From contig CM114271.1 in assembly GCA_050084515.1 (NCBI GenBank), positions 34,596,001 through 34,660,000 of the forward strand: a stretch of 64,000 bases of DNA. Reading direction: 5' to 3'. Source of the DNA: Blasia pusilla (taxonomy: Eukaryota). The notes under the pieces were generated by a model that worked only from the letters and a program-made list of their open reading frames with translations, searched no databases and was not told where the DNA came from. Shown here one piece after another: positions 50,951-64,000 of the stretch (position 1 is the stretch's first letter; the number at the start of each line of letters is the position of its first letter). Made by a program: the position numbers and the translations under genes.

Positions 50951-51569
50951 GACGGTCATGCTCTTGGGGTGGAGACTTCATATCTTTGGGTATCACACGT
51001 GTTGTGTGGCAGCGTTTGGAACAGGGTACTAGAGTGTTAGATCTCTTTGGAGGGATCAACACAACAGGTATTTGCAATGTTGCAGTGTTGCGGGGACGAC
51101 GACACCGATGGTGCTAGATGTATATAGGATAGTAGATCATGTCGAGGTACATATGTGTGTGCTATCTGGAGTTAGTTGGACCCAAGTTCCAGCTAGGAGG
51201 GCGGTTGTGGGGTCTCAATTTATATGTGTGACTTGTTTGGTTTATGGATGGATCGACCCATGTGTTGGGAAGATCTGTGTTGTGTGGTGTGTAGATGTGA
51301 CCATCGATGTGGGTTGTGTAGCGATGTGTATGCGCACGACATCAATCGTGACTGATCTTTCCCAGAACCCATGGTGGCTACGCTCCCTTCCGCCATGTTG
51401 CGCTCAATGTTCTCGACAGTCCTAAAAACATCTCTCAACATAAGGGGGTGTTCATAAGAAGCACCCCTCCCGCACCCGTGTCCGCAGGGTCTGGTCCAGC
51501 ATTGCATACCATGACTGGATAACCTGAGCCTCTATCACCCCTTGAGTGACGTTGATCGACCGGCGCAAG

Positions 51570-52000
51570 CAAGTATAAGCCTCACACAAACTATCACCCA
51601 CGCGCCTCTAGAAGTCGTGGATGCGTCCATGGGCGCTCCCTCTAAATGCTGGAACATACTGTTCCATGTTGTGAACAGGTTGAACTCTCTAGAGTTCCTA
51701 GCCTGCTGTAAGTCACACCAACTCCTAGACTCCGCAATGAAGTTGTGTAGCTCTATAGTGCCTACAACACCCGAAAACCTACGCGGTCCTCTACCTTGGT
51801 CGTCCATCCCGTACGCCCGACTAGTAGGACCACTCAATGTGTACGGTGGATCACTAACACACTCCTCTACACGCTCCCCCTCGTTTGAAGACGACACAGA
51901 AGGAGATCGAGATGGTCTCTCACGTGGAGACCCTCGAAACCTTGCAGCACTACGGATAAACCCTCTAGAGCTACTCTAAGGTCCACTACCTTGCCTCTCA
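51570..52000 (-). mobile_element. Second, inverted gag N-terminal fragment related to 48130-48500
   Basis: GPRRFSGVVGTIELHNF..WCDLQQARN..FN.F..W.SMFQHLEGAPMD parallels plus-strand GMHRFLGSMGTIDLEQ...FNPFMAWKSFF.HLEG.LMDDY. Confidence 0.55.
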
Positions 52001-53059
52001 CAATCACTCTCAACCTCACACGTAATCCTTCAATCACTCAATCTAACATGCGGCACTCAATCTAGACTCTCTCATTGAGACGTGTGCTGTGCGGCAACAA
52101 GCGGCCTGGTTCGGCAAATCAACTGATCTATATTCTCATTGAAAAACCATCCTCAACTTTGGACATCCCACATAGGTCTATGTCCCCTAAACCCATACAT
52201 CATCGATGCTCTCAGCATCAGTACGAAATCCAATATCCCAAATAACTTCCCAATACCCGAAAATCCCTCATATGTATAGGATAAGAGACCAGAATGGGTA
52301 ACCTGACCATAATATCGATGTTGCTCCTCGGCAACTACAAATTTTGACCCCATCTCGGTCTTGAAGACAACTCCTCCAATCAGCAAGTTATACTCCTCTT
52401 GTATTGACGTTGCTCAAGCCTCCTCAATATGCGATGCGGATCCAACGATGTGGTGCAATACTGGCGGCACGGAACGACTACAAATCGGGCATGGCACTCG
52501 ATAATAGGATGCGGCACTCCACGACATACCCTCCTCAATCAACAATACACACGCTCTACTCCTTAGTGAAGGAGCGGCTCTGTGATCGAGACGATGCGGT
52601 GCGGCCACGAGCGGCACGGTGCGTTGCGGCTACGGGCGTCACGACACAATACTCGATCGTCGTTGAGTGGCTACCAATCATATCATAGCAGAATGAAATG
52701 AAAACTCAAACACCATAACCCGAAGTTACCTGCCATCACTCGTTGATGGCGAGATTGTGATGACGGTGATAGCCACAACAAAGTACATGGTGGCGGCGCA
52801 AGTCAGAGAATCAAAGGTCATCGTGGAAGATCGTCCACTACGTAATGGTGGCAATGACAACCAATGGCGGACAACGGCCGAACGCGGCTTTGAGCGGCGG
52901 TAGATGGCAGCGGCGGTCGACGGTCAAAGATCGACGACGGACGGCGACGGTGGACCGTCGACGATGATGGTGAAGGTTGACCGTTGATGATGATGGTTGA
53001 CTTTTGATGATGATTTTGACCATTGAAGGCGACGGCCGCCGCCGGCATGGCGGCTGGTT

Positions 53060-54102
53060 TAGGGTTTGAACAATTTTACCCTAAATATTGGCCAACAATG
53101 GTAGTTTTGCAAAATCAGCCTTAAATTTTTGCTCACACCTCCAAATTGCGCACCATCTATTGCAAAGGTGCATAACTTCACGATCTACCATGGAATTAAA
53201 AAATATTCTGAATCGGACCTTCAAATAAAATATGACAAGGATTGTTGTAAATCCCAATGTCTTTTCTCCTACAGAAATTTTGGCAGTGCTTCCGTGTTGA
53301 TTTCTCCCAAAAAAAATGTAAAACCTTTGAAAATACAAAGCAGCAAGTTACATAGTGCTCCCAAGAGCACCGGCATGAGGAAACCTGCCCCCATACTCAA
53401 TCCTTATGAGAAATTGGGCAGCGCTTCTGCGCACCACTCTCTCATACAAAAATCGGCACATAAACGTCAAAACAATGCGGCTCTTGCTCTCGTGAGCACT
53501 CCCATGAGCCATGAAGCAGGGAACATGGTCCCCAACCTGCACCAAACATCAAGCAACCAGCGAGCTCCCCCATAAAGCTCTCTTACCCTCTCATTCTCTC
53601 TTTGTAAAATAAAGTGAAATCTCTCTCGCAACACCATAACTCTCACATGTCTCTCTCAATGTCAAACCAAACCCACTTTCCTAATGAGAGACTTGGGTTA
53701 CACTCACAAGGCAAGGGACCATAGGTCCGCCGCCTCGTGTCAAGAGGTTCAACAAAGAGAGAATGAGCTCTCAAGCTCTCGCTCCTTGAGGTATACCCCT
53801 TCCCTCTCCCAAGCTCTCTCCATGGTAACTTATGCTCCCAAGTCACCTCCTTGGATTTTGACTTGATGTAGGAGGTCAAAGGCCACTTCCCAAGATAGAA
53901 AACTGACCATATACTCAAAACGGTATGTGCCTAAAATAGTAGGTTCTTCAATATGGCTCCAAATGAACCGAAACGAAGGGAAAACCTGCTCTCTCAGGTT
54001 TCCCGAGGCCTCACTAGGTCATCCTTGACCTCATGAGCTTGTCCTCCACTACTCGCGAAGGCCCTCTACTAGATCTCACCGATCTATCCTAAAAGACGTG
54101 AC
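53060..54102 (+). mobile_element. LTR-like segment containing copy 3 of the dispersed repeat
   Basis: 53661-54010 aligns with 4045-4390. The segment ends ...GACGTGACA, a typical LTR 3' end. Left boundary uncertain. Confidence 0.5.
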
Positions 54103-55992
54103 AGGGCACTCTCGAATAATAATATGGATATGACATCAATAAGATCACTTACATTCTTACTCTTGAATTCTCTTAAAATTGGAAACTTATGGTTCTTAAA
54201 GATTTTCCATACCCATATTTCTTGAAGTTGGATCTCCTTAGATTAAGAAGATATCGAGGCCATTGTCCTGATTACTCATGTTTGCACTAACCATATGAGA
54301 CACAAGTTGAATGAATATCATCTCCTAAAGATGTGTGTAAAGGCGTACGATGCTCTCCCGCCTTCAATAACCAATAAAAAAAATGGTTCTTATAAGCACA
54401 TATAAGTACTTCCAAAATTTAAAATCAGACTTATGTTTGTCGTAAGCTTCATCGCTCTTGCATAATAATAGATGTGATCTCTTTTAAGTGGCTCCGAGGA
54501 ATTTTGGTCATTCCCCGTGACGAATAACCGAAAACACTAATCAAAAGTTATGATCTTTCCCTTATATGCCTTAAGTCACATGACATTGGTTCTATAATAC
54601 TGTGCAAGGTGGGATCAACAACATCTTGAAATACATCATGATGAATTGTTAGTGCCTTATCCCATACAATAAATAAAACTTTTTGAATAGCATTGGTGTT
54701 GATAGGTGACTTGCAAATAAAATTTTCATCTATATGAAGGGAATCTCACGTGTGAATGGACCGTACGCCTTATTTTTAAAAATAAAAGAATTATCCCAGA
54801 TTATAGGACAACTAAAACTATTCATGAACTTATTCTTTCTGCTTGGGGCCGATTCTGGCCTCTTGAGGTCTTCCTTTTTTCCTCTCTTTGCCCCCTCATT
54901 TGTATCGTGATGGGTTCCCATCCTTTTTTATACATATTTTATATTTCCTTCCTTCATGCATTATCGTACGTTTTTCGTTCCATGAGTTATATCTATTCTT
55001 GATTTAATTCTCGAGGCTATTTCGGGAGTCCAAAAGGCGTCCCTGGCGCTCCATCCCGCATGAGTGGTGGACTAACTGTAGTTCGCGGCTACTATACCTG
55101 GTCTGTATTGGTTTCTAACTGTAGTTGATGCATCCATCGTTGAGTGGCCCGACGCATGCAGGCATAAACTCATTATATTTGCTCCCCCGTGGAACGAATC
55201 GACGGGCAGGAGTCCACGTCAGAGGATTCCGAGATGGAGCCAATCGGCGAACGGGAATTCGCATTTCGACGGCCACCTGAAAGGAGACAGAAGCAGATCC
55301 CGTTGTAACCATGATTAGGCTAAAACTCGTCGCTTAATGGTAGTGGACGGACGGAGCGTGGAGCGGCGACGTTAACGTTATGGACGAGAAGCAGCAGCGG
55401 TAGCGTGAGAGGAGGCTGAGACGTATGGTGAGAACGTCGGGCCTTAAGGAGCTCTCGAAACTCTCGTGCTTTGGCACAGAATGTCGTAGCCATTGATCGG
55501 TCCGTGGGACGCCCTCGGTGCGAGGCATTAGGGTGGCGTACCGTTGCGATGGAGTGCGTGGGAGGGAGGGAGCTAGCAGGGGGGAGCTAGACAAAAGTGT
55601 GGCAGAGCGGACGGATGAGGAGGAGTAAGGGAGATTCGCTCGAGTCAGGGGTGTGTGTGTGTGTAGTAGAGTCTTGGACAAAAAGGGGTAGTCTGAGGAA
55701 TGAGGATATCGTGCAGATTCTCCTCCGATGTGGACGGCGCTCTCGGCGTACCATCATGGTGGTGTGAATCGGAGGCATTCCCGTGGATTGCGAGAAAGGG
55801 CGTGAAGTGAAGAGCGCGTGCATCCTGGAGCTCGATTCCTTCGCAGTGCAGGTGCATGCAGGTGGGGAGATTGGTGTGTGTTCCCTGGGCACCACAATGG
55901 TGACCCTCAATGCTCCACTGCCGACTACAGGTACCATACAATTCCGTTTCCCAGAGAGAGAGAGGAGAGAGAGAGAGGATGCGGGGATTCGT

Positions 55993-58214
55993 ATGTCTGA
56001 CTCACACACTGCCTCGTCTCGAAGACTGTCGGTCTGTCGAGTTCTTTCATTTCAGGTGAGAACATTGCGAACGGTTTGGCGGCCTTGGGTGAAACTTTGG
56101 TCATTTGGTTTGGGATCGAAGGGAAGGGGCACCCGTCCCAGTATTACTGAAGAATACGTCTCTTTTGCGGGGAAAGGTTTGTGTGTGTTGTGAAGTGGCG
56201 GCATTGGTTGTCACAGTGTGAGTGTCGTAGGCTGTGTGTGTGTGAGGTTCGTTTCGCAATTGCGGATGTGTAGACTGGAGCGAGTAGCTGATGGACCGAG
56301 CACACCTTTCTGCCCTTGCTGTTCTGTTCTTCTTCAGGCTCCAAGCGTTTTGCGCCTCTGCAGGGCTATGGGCCCAGAGCTTCTCGCTGTGCAACCTGGC
56401 TCGTCGTCCTGGTTCTCAGCTCTGTGAGTGTGTCCGAATCTCATTCCACAAACAGACCGTTCAAGCATCTCAAGTTTCAGCGCAACACCCTTGCGGATCT
56501 GCAAGAGCTGGAGAGCTCGGACGTTGCATCTGCGAGCGCATTGCATCCGTCGCGTGATGAGAGCAAATTGCAGCGGTTTTTCGAGGTCGCCAGGCCCGTC
56601 TCGACGCACAGACGGCCGTCGTGTTCGATGCAGCTGTTGTATCACGAATTCGCAGATACATACGGTGTCAATCCTCCGGCCGCTCTGTACATCCCTAGAA
56701 AGAAATGTCACAAGAAGTGGGACAAGGTGGTGCTAAGGTGGAGCGCTGTTTGCCGGGGTCGTCAATTCGATCGAATTGCTGCGGTCTGGTTGGGCGGGGT
56801 GGAGATTCTACGCACTTGCACCGCAGAGCCCTCTCAACGGGGCATCATATGGGAAGTTGAGAAGGATGTCACCCGATACGCCTCGTTGTGGCATGAGCCC
56901 CAGGAAGTGGTGGTCGCTTTGGGGAATGTCGTGGATGGCACTTACACCGGCATCTTCAACGTGACCGTTTCTGTGGATTTCTACAAGCATGATGACGACG
57001 ACGACGACGACGATGAGGGATTCCTGGCCGAGGGAGAACAGTCGGGCGATTATTCCAGCAAGATCCATCGTTACTTAGCTCATCCGGCTGACAGGATTCT
57101 AACCATAAACCTTCCCACTTACCTGAATGGGGGATATTGGTTCCAGCTATCAGGAAAAGGCGAAGTGAAAAGCGTCAGCTTGGCAATCCCTAAAAACACC
57201 TACCGGGCTATCCTTGAAGTGTGCCTATCTCCACATCAAAACGATGAATTCTGGTACACGAATCCTCCAAACGACTATCTGGAGGCCAACAATTTGACCG
57301 GCACTCCGGGAAACGGTGCATTTCGAGAGATCGTGGTTTCCATCGATGGGAAAGTGGTCGGAGCCGTGTGGCCGTTTGCAGTCCTGTACACCGGTGGAGT
57401 GAATCCCCTGTTCTGGCGCCCTGCGGCTGCCATTGGTGCATTCAATCTCCCCAGCTATGATATTGACATCACTCCATTTGTGGGCCAACTCGTGGATGGT
57501 CAAAATCACACATTTAGCCTCAGTGTGACCAACAACCTCGACTTGTGGCTCTTGCAGGGCAATCTGCACATCTGGGTGGATCCCGAAAGGTCTCAGACAA
57601 CTGGAAGCCTGGTGGAGTACGATGCGCTCTCCCACCTCACTGTGAATTCGACATTCCAGGGGCTGGATGGCACCTTCGTAATCAGTGCCTCAAGGTCGCT
57701 TTCCTACGCGGGTTTTGTGGCATCATCTTTCGGGAATTTGACCACTTCCAGCTCTTACGCTTGGAGCTTCTACAATTCCCAGGTGTATGCCAATGAAACG
57801 TCTTCCGGCACGGTGCACCAACTCACAGAAAATAGGTGCACTGTGGTGATCAAGAATGCAGAGAAGGAGATCGCCATGGATCACGTCGTGAGTTCCTACC
57901 CGTTGTTTCTCTACTACCTCCAAGTTGAGAACCCCAACAACTCCGTCTCGATCAACAGTAGCATCGTACATGGCCTCGAGCAAGAGCTCCAGACAATCAA
58001 GAGGCGGGGTAGCTCTTTTAGTTCTCTCAAGAACGATCAGAGCTCCCAGGGGTTCCTGTACATCTCTCCTAACAACACTATCAGTGGAATCGCGTCTACG
58101 CAGCAGAATTTCACCTACGTTGGCACAGATGGATGCTTTCAACGCGCCCTCAGTGTGAAGAACTACTCCACATTGTACGACTCTGCATCAACCGATTGCC
58201 TGTCCTCTGTTTGA
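55993..58214 (+). CDS. Peptide-N4-(N-acetyl-beta-glucosaminyl)asparagine amidase A (PNGase A)
   Basis: Long ORF 56316-58214 with GRQFDRIAAVWLGGVEILRTCTAEP, DEFWYTN, GNGAFREI, YTGGVNPLFWRP and GAFNLPSYDIDITPF. Hydrophobic signal WLVVLVLSSVSVS and many NxS/T sites. There is no in-frame ATG before the signal segment. A candidate first exon 55993-56055 (CAG|GTGAG) splices in phase to CTGCAG|56364; this 5' exon is inferred. Confidence 0.9.
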
Positions 58215-60879
58215 TTGATCTCAATCCTGGACTGGAATTCCATACGTCGTGCATTCCTCGTTCGCTACTGGACTGAAATTGCGAATTGGAAGGCAGTACA
58301 CGAGCTCTTTCCAGGTCGTGATCGCTCTCGTAAAGACAATTGCCACCAGAGTTGGCGTTACGATCTTACGAAAGCTTCACATTTGGCAAGACCGCTGGGT
58401 GTGAAAAAGTCTTCCATTCTTTGACGTATGCATCAAATCGGTTTGGAATAAAAAGTGAAGGAAGGAATGAATCCACTCGAGTATTCACGTGAAGTTCTGG
58501 TGTGCAGTTTTGTCTCTCTAAGGCTTTTATAGACGCCCATGGCGATGTGGCCCCGGGGACATAGAATGCACTCCGTGCTGGACATGTGCCATGGCGGCTC
58601 GGAGACCTCGAATCACAAGTCTTAGAAAATGAAAAGTGTCCACCTGTAGGGTGTCCCCCAAAGATGGTGGGGACAGGTGGTGAAGTGGTGTGGGTAAAAA
58701 CTGGAAGTGTTGATCTCGGAGTGTGGAGATGTGATACCGATGTCTATTGTTGAAAGAGGATGGACATCCTTGCCTCCTCCGGTGTGAAGGTTTAAACATA
58801 ACATGTGATGTGCCCGTGCTATGTATTCTAATATAATAACGGTCTGGGTTTTCGTTCGATCGCATTTTGCCAACTTATCGTGCACGATCCACATATATGT
58901 ACCCTCCTGTCGTAGTTGTGAAGCCTTCAAAGCCTAATTTTCGTACTCTCTGCATGCGCCCGCGCAAAACACCATGGCTGTTATGAGCTTAATATGCGCG
59001 GAGAAGTCGACGAACCCTCAAACTAGACGCAACTTTCGTCGACTGGTCTTTCTGTGACTTTTTGCGAACTTGTGGACAGCTTTACTCATAGATATACCCT
59101 CTCAACTTAGTTGCAAAGCCAATTCCTTTTGAATAGACATGACCTTTCACACAATAGATCACGGATGCCGCGGGCCTAACATGCGCGGAGAAGTTCATAC
59201 CAGACTTAATATTGATCGATCACTTTTTCACTTTAATTGTTTTAGAATTGATAGTTTCTTTTAAAAAAGATTGTCACATTTTCCGTCACTTTTCAGCCTT
59301 GCTTAATTGTTTCTTTATGATTTTATATCTTTCAGTTTTGAATTCTGTATTTATATTAGTCATGCTTGAAATTTTGAGTTTTAAATTTCTACAAATTTAA
59401 AATTATTTCTTTTCCTAATTTTCTAAATTTCATGTTTAAGGATCTTTATTTAGCTATTTTTCATTTTAAAATGGTTGGAATTCTAATTTTGGAGTTTTTA
59501 AATAAAAAATAAAAAATTTAATTTTCTTATATGTTTCTTTCCTCAAAAGACAAGTTTTAGAGGTTTTCCTAGAGAAAATATTGCAAAATATGATGTAATA
59601 CAAATTCTAAATTACATCAAGATAAGTTGTTGAAAAGGAACAAGTCCTTTTGTAATCAATTGATTGAAAGTGAATAATATTTTTTGCATACCAAATGGAA
59701 GAAAATCATGGAAAAATCTAAATTGTTCTTGGAATAATAGATCCTCCCCCTCTACATCAAGATAGATGCATCTTCTTGGAGAAACCTTGAAGTTGTAATA
59801 TGAGGGACCGAAACCCAACTCCCCAACAACCATGAGTTTCATGAATGTTTTTGTAATTTCTTGACTCACCTAGCTCATTTTGGCCTTTTATCTCATGTAT
59901 TATGCATCCCATGGCTTAAAGCACATCTTTATTCATGCCTTAATGTTGATTCTATGGTTGTTCTCGCGAATCTTTCAACCATTAGTATTTTTTGACTTGT
60001 ATGTATAAAGGCACAAAAGCCTCTCTTTAATATCTATGACTTCTAAAACCATCCAACCTCAATTAGGAATAATCTCAAGGTTTTTCTCCCTTCTAATTCC
60101 ATTCTTAGTTCTCACAAGCAACACCTGCCCTTTCTCCTAAGACTTGTCTTAATGCAAGTGCCCATTTTGACTAGGCTCAAATTTCCGGACTTGGATGTCT
60201 AGGTTTGATCTCAAAATTTCTAAGTGGGACATAGGTCACTTCTTAACCCTAAACTTGCAATAGTAGGTTAAGGGAAACTTTTCTACAAATAGAAAGACTT
60301 AGTCAACTCTCTTGACATTTAGAACTTACATGAAATAGTGAATTCCTAAAATAGGCTCTAAATGAGTCGAAACATCTATTTGTTGGTTACCCTAGTCCTC
60401 AATAAGTCATCATCAACCTACTAGACTTAACCTCTGGTCTCCCTTAGAGCGTTGTGCAGATTCTCTCTCTCCCACTGCAAAAAAAGATGTAATGATTTTC
60501 TTAAGTTCACACATCATTACATAACAAATATCGATATCTCTAATCAGGCATGAAAAAAAAACTACACTCAAAGATTCAATCATGGAGTCCAAGCATGGAA
60601 ACCATTAGGAACTGAAGTATCTCTAATCGTCCCCCTAGTTGATGGTTAGATCTCTCTAACGCCACATAACTGTCTATTTTTACCTACTATGACATACCCT
60701 TTTTAACGTCACTCAAACAAGTTTAGATATACAACTACCTATCCTATATATGTTTGGGATAGAATCATCATCCCCAAAGAACCCTAGCAAGAAGTAGTGT
60801 CAAACATGCCATGTGCTACCCCCTCGATTTATTATAACTAGAGCAAATTTTGTGAACGCATCTTGGGGAGCATATTTCA

Positions 60880-61955
60880 AACTTTCCTCATAATAGTGTA
60901 TTATCTCAGATGAAAAAGACAAGTAAATAAGGAATTTAACATATGCTAAACATATGGATGGTTTGATGTATGCTATGGTTTGCAAACAAACTCACTAATC
61001 ATATGCAATTATTGTGGTTAGCCAATTTGTGACAAATCTCTGGGAAGGACCAATCTCTTGGTGCTAAGGTATCTCAAGGGACCCATGGATACATGTATGA
61101 GGTTTGGCAAGGAAGGTAAGAAATCAAAATCCCTTGGAGGATAGGCGATTTTTTATTGTGCAAGAGATCTTGACAAACAAAGATCACCAATGCATTTTAC
61201 CTTTACCTTAGTTTATGGTATGATAAGTTGGAAGTCTATACTTAGTCTACAACCTATTGTTGCACTCTTAATTACATAAGCAAAGTAGATTGCATGAAAG
61301 GAAGCATCATGGTTTAGTAGAACAATAAGTGAACTTAAATTAGTGCAAGATTGATTTCTATTGCCTCGTCTTTTCACTTGGCCACAAAGTAGGCATCTCA
61401 CTCACGAACTAAGCACATTGATGTCAAACAACATTGTTGATATTCTACACTTGGTTCACGAAATCGGTAGATGTGGAGTAGCTCAACATATGCTTGAACT
61501 TATTATTCATTGATGTACATTTTGATTTTTTTTATTGAGTTGTGGTAAGAAAACAAGACAAGGTGGAGATTATTAGCGGACTAGTGTTTCTTTTTTCTCA
61601 TGAAGATTGAACAAGGAACAAACCATAAAGTGTTACATTTCACATACTGAACCATATTAGGTTGAAGAGCGAAGAAAAATTTCTACATATTTCTACATGA
61701 GTTTTTAAGAAACACATATCGCTACAAGAGTTTTTTAAGAGAAAAGAGGGAGTGAGCATGACGTGCACTATCCTTGGTGACAAGTAAATGATGAGCATTC
61801 TCTCATTGGTATTTAATTGAAATTAGTATAATCTCAAATAGTTATGGTGTGATTTGGGTGAACCCAATGAATCACAAGAGAGGACAGATGACATTTTATC
61901 CTCTTCAACAAATGAGTTTACGCATGTAAACTTGTATGTTTTATCATGTCTGTGT
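60880..61955 (+). mobile_element. Decayed Copia RT/RNase H tail with PPT and probable partial 3' LTR
   Basis: Remnants G.LMYAMVC..., LRYLKG, LDKQRS, ISWKS..Q.IVAL and TKHIDV. PPT-like CAAGGTGGAGA at ~61558-61571. Confidence 0.6.
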
Positions 61956-61960
61956 TTAAT

Positions 61961-62310
61961 GAGTTAAGTTGGTAGGGGGTGCCCCCTCTTCTTTTTCTGA
62001 TCCCGTTGAGGCTTTCAGGTATTTGAATTTTGAGAGTCCGTCTCGTTTATATTCCCGATGAATTTTTCATCACCCACTTTTATTCATGCTCTCTTTCCGC
62101 TCCTCAGGAATGGGAAGGTGAAAGCTCTTGCTTTCACCTTTCCATGTCCTTTCCCTACTCATTTCTAGGAACTAAGGGAGAAAAAGCCTCAATAAAAAGT
62201 GGGTGATGGAAAACCCATCATGAATACAAAAGAGGGGGACTCAAAGAGTTGAGTATGTTAAAGACTCAACAGAAAAAAAAAAGGGGCACCCCCTTACTGG
62301 CTTAAACTTA
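61961..62310. mobile_element. ~350-bp foldback element (MITE-like)
   Basis: Nested complementary blocks GGGGGTGCCCC/GGGGCACCCCC and CATCACCCACTTTTATT/AATAAAAAGTGGGTGATG, plus inner hairpin GGAAGGTGAAAGC-TCTT-GCTTTCACCTTTCC. Confidence 0.7.
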
Positions 62311-62981
62311 CCAACAATATAGAAAATATTAACACCACCTAGAGAGATATGACTACCACTAGTGACTGGAGTTGAGTTTGCCCCATTAGCTTGGGCACAA
62401 CAAAAAAGAATTGTAATAATTAAGGACAACCCATTTCTCGAATGAACCCACGTGACACAATGCCTCTAAAAATTGTATGGGCTCCCATCATCAAAGAAGA
62501 TTGGAGCCCATTATTAAGGGAGATAACTTGGGAGGAGAAAGAGGTAAGCTCTCTCCAGGTGAAGGTGAAGATTTTAGTGGAAAAAAGCCATCATCCAACT
62601 CCCTTGAAAATGCATGTGCATCGGAAGGAAGGTGAAGGTGAAAACTCACGTCCAAATACGATCGCTAAAAGATTATCACGAAGCGTAGGTTCCTTCGTTA
62701 AATCTCAAAGTTCCTGGCCATGGCTGAACGTTCATTGCGTGGGGTTGCTACGGCCGTTCCATAGATATACCAACGTGGGCATTTTTCTCACGCAGACGCT
62801 CCAAGAGTTTGGCCGGAACTGTCGAAACCTTTCGATGCAGAAGGGTTCTTGCAACGCTCTCCAGTAGTACGTGGATGCACACACCCGCGGGAGGTTTGCG
62901 TTTGTGGCTGCTTGGCAGCACGCATGGTGTACCGACTGGACCCAACATTGAGGTAGAAGGCGCGCAGCGAGTCAGTCGGTG

Positions 62982-64000
62982 ATGGCCCCGCCCGAGGCTC
63001 GCGTAACTGGAGAATGCGAGGACTGTAGAGCGAGAGCGCAGGGCTCGGCGTCGACGCTGAGTTCCGGAATCGACGACAGGAACGGGCAGGTGAATTTCCA
63101 AGAGCTGGCTGACATAAGTGCCAAATATGAAAGGCAGAAGAAAGCCTATGAGGAAACGCAGAGAAGGCTGCGATTTCTCAAACTCCCGGACACCGATACT
63201 CTCGGCGACTGTTTCAGAGGAGATGTCACCTTCGTCGTGCACGCGACCATTCCGAGAGTCGTACATGCACACCGCTTCATCTTGGTACGTACGTGCTTGA
63301 AATCCCGAGCTAGGAAATCGACATCCTCGACGCTGTAAAGCGAACGAGGAATACGTACACCTGTGGCGCTTGGTTTCATCGACAATGGGGGTTTAGGTTG
63401 CTGTCACTAAATGAGAAACCATCAGGAGATCAATTTCGCCGAGAACTTTCCTTCGTAATCTTCAAACAGCTTTGAAAGATCATCGCCGAAAAGAATCTGA
63501 TTCTACTCAGACGTAAATTGATGACCGTCAACTCAACGCGTCGAAGTCTAAGCTCAAAGTGCAGGCAGGCGTCCAGCTAGGGAGGGTATGGAGAGAGAGA
63601 TGAGTCCTTCATTCGGCCGGATCGTCCATAGAAAAACCTAATGAACAGATTCGCGTCCTTCGCGCACAAAACTCGGAAACATTGCGTACTGAACAGGCAA
63701 TCATGTGGACTGCTCGGGATCAATTTGCAGGCATGTCGATCATCGGTGTTCCGGAGGATGTTCGAGGTCGGTATGTCAGAGGAGGAAACCGGAAGGATTC
63801 AGATCAACGACGCGTCCTATGCGACAATGCGCGCGGTTGTGAACTACTGCTACACGGCTGAAATTTCATTCAGCGACGAAGTACGTCCTGAAGAAGTTCT
63901 TAAAGTCGCACATAAATACGATATACCGATGCTCAAAGGTCTATGCGACGAGGAGCTTTGTGGGAGAATAACCCCATTGAATCTGCCAGAGATGTTGAGG
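62982..64000 (+). CDS. BTB/POZ domain protein (3' end outside window)
   Basis: Exon 1 62982-63284 (CEDC, coiled coil, FRGDVTFVV...VHAHRFIL). GT-AG intron. Exon 2 from 63731 reads ACRSSVFRRMFEVGMSEEETGRIQINDASYATMRAVVNYCYTAEI...LKVAHKYDIPMLKGLCDEEL. Confidence 0.9.

Noticed and set aside
53056-53068. GGTTTAGGGTTT as interstitial telomere
   Set aside because: Fewer than two full units. This is a common telo-box-like motif in TE sequence.
56334-58142. Several minus-strand ORFs over the PNGase A gene
   Set aside because: Shadows of a GC3-rich coding sequence.

Overview
Eukaryotic nuclear DNA from a land plant, probably a non-seed plant (inferred from gene content). It contains GT-AG spliced genes separated by blocks of decayed transposons. 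Five host genes, all on the + strand, can be rebuilt by hand. They are an 11-exon 20S proteasome alpha-7 subunit gene (PAG1, 6672-9724), a 14-exon transmembrane channel-like (TMC) gene of ~1176 aa (13651-21723), a 2-exon Bet v 1/PR-10 gene (40480-41192), a PNGase A gene (main exon 56364-58214) and a BTB/POZ gene that runs off the right edge (62982-64000). Mobile DNA includes an intron-containing Helitron RepHel pseudogene with an intact 3' end plus related mini-Helitron ends. A CACTA end is interrupted by a full-length decayed Copia element with non-canonical TA...CA LTRs, which itself carries a MITE and a solo LTR. There are also three copies of a hAT-type MITE with 8-bp TSDs, a CRE-like non-LTR RT remnant, Gypsy-like gag/protease remnants and a ~350-bp foldback element. 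The most interesting feature is the apparently intact plant TMC channel. It has an extra Cys-rich extracellular loop, altered acidic pore positions and repeated RRxS kinase-type motifs. All gene models and alignments were made by eye and have not been checked computationally.
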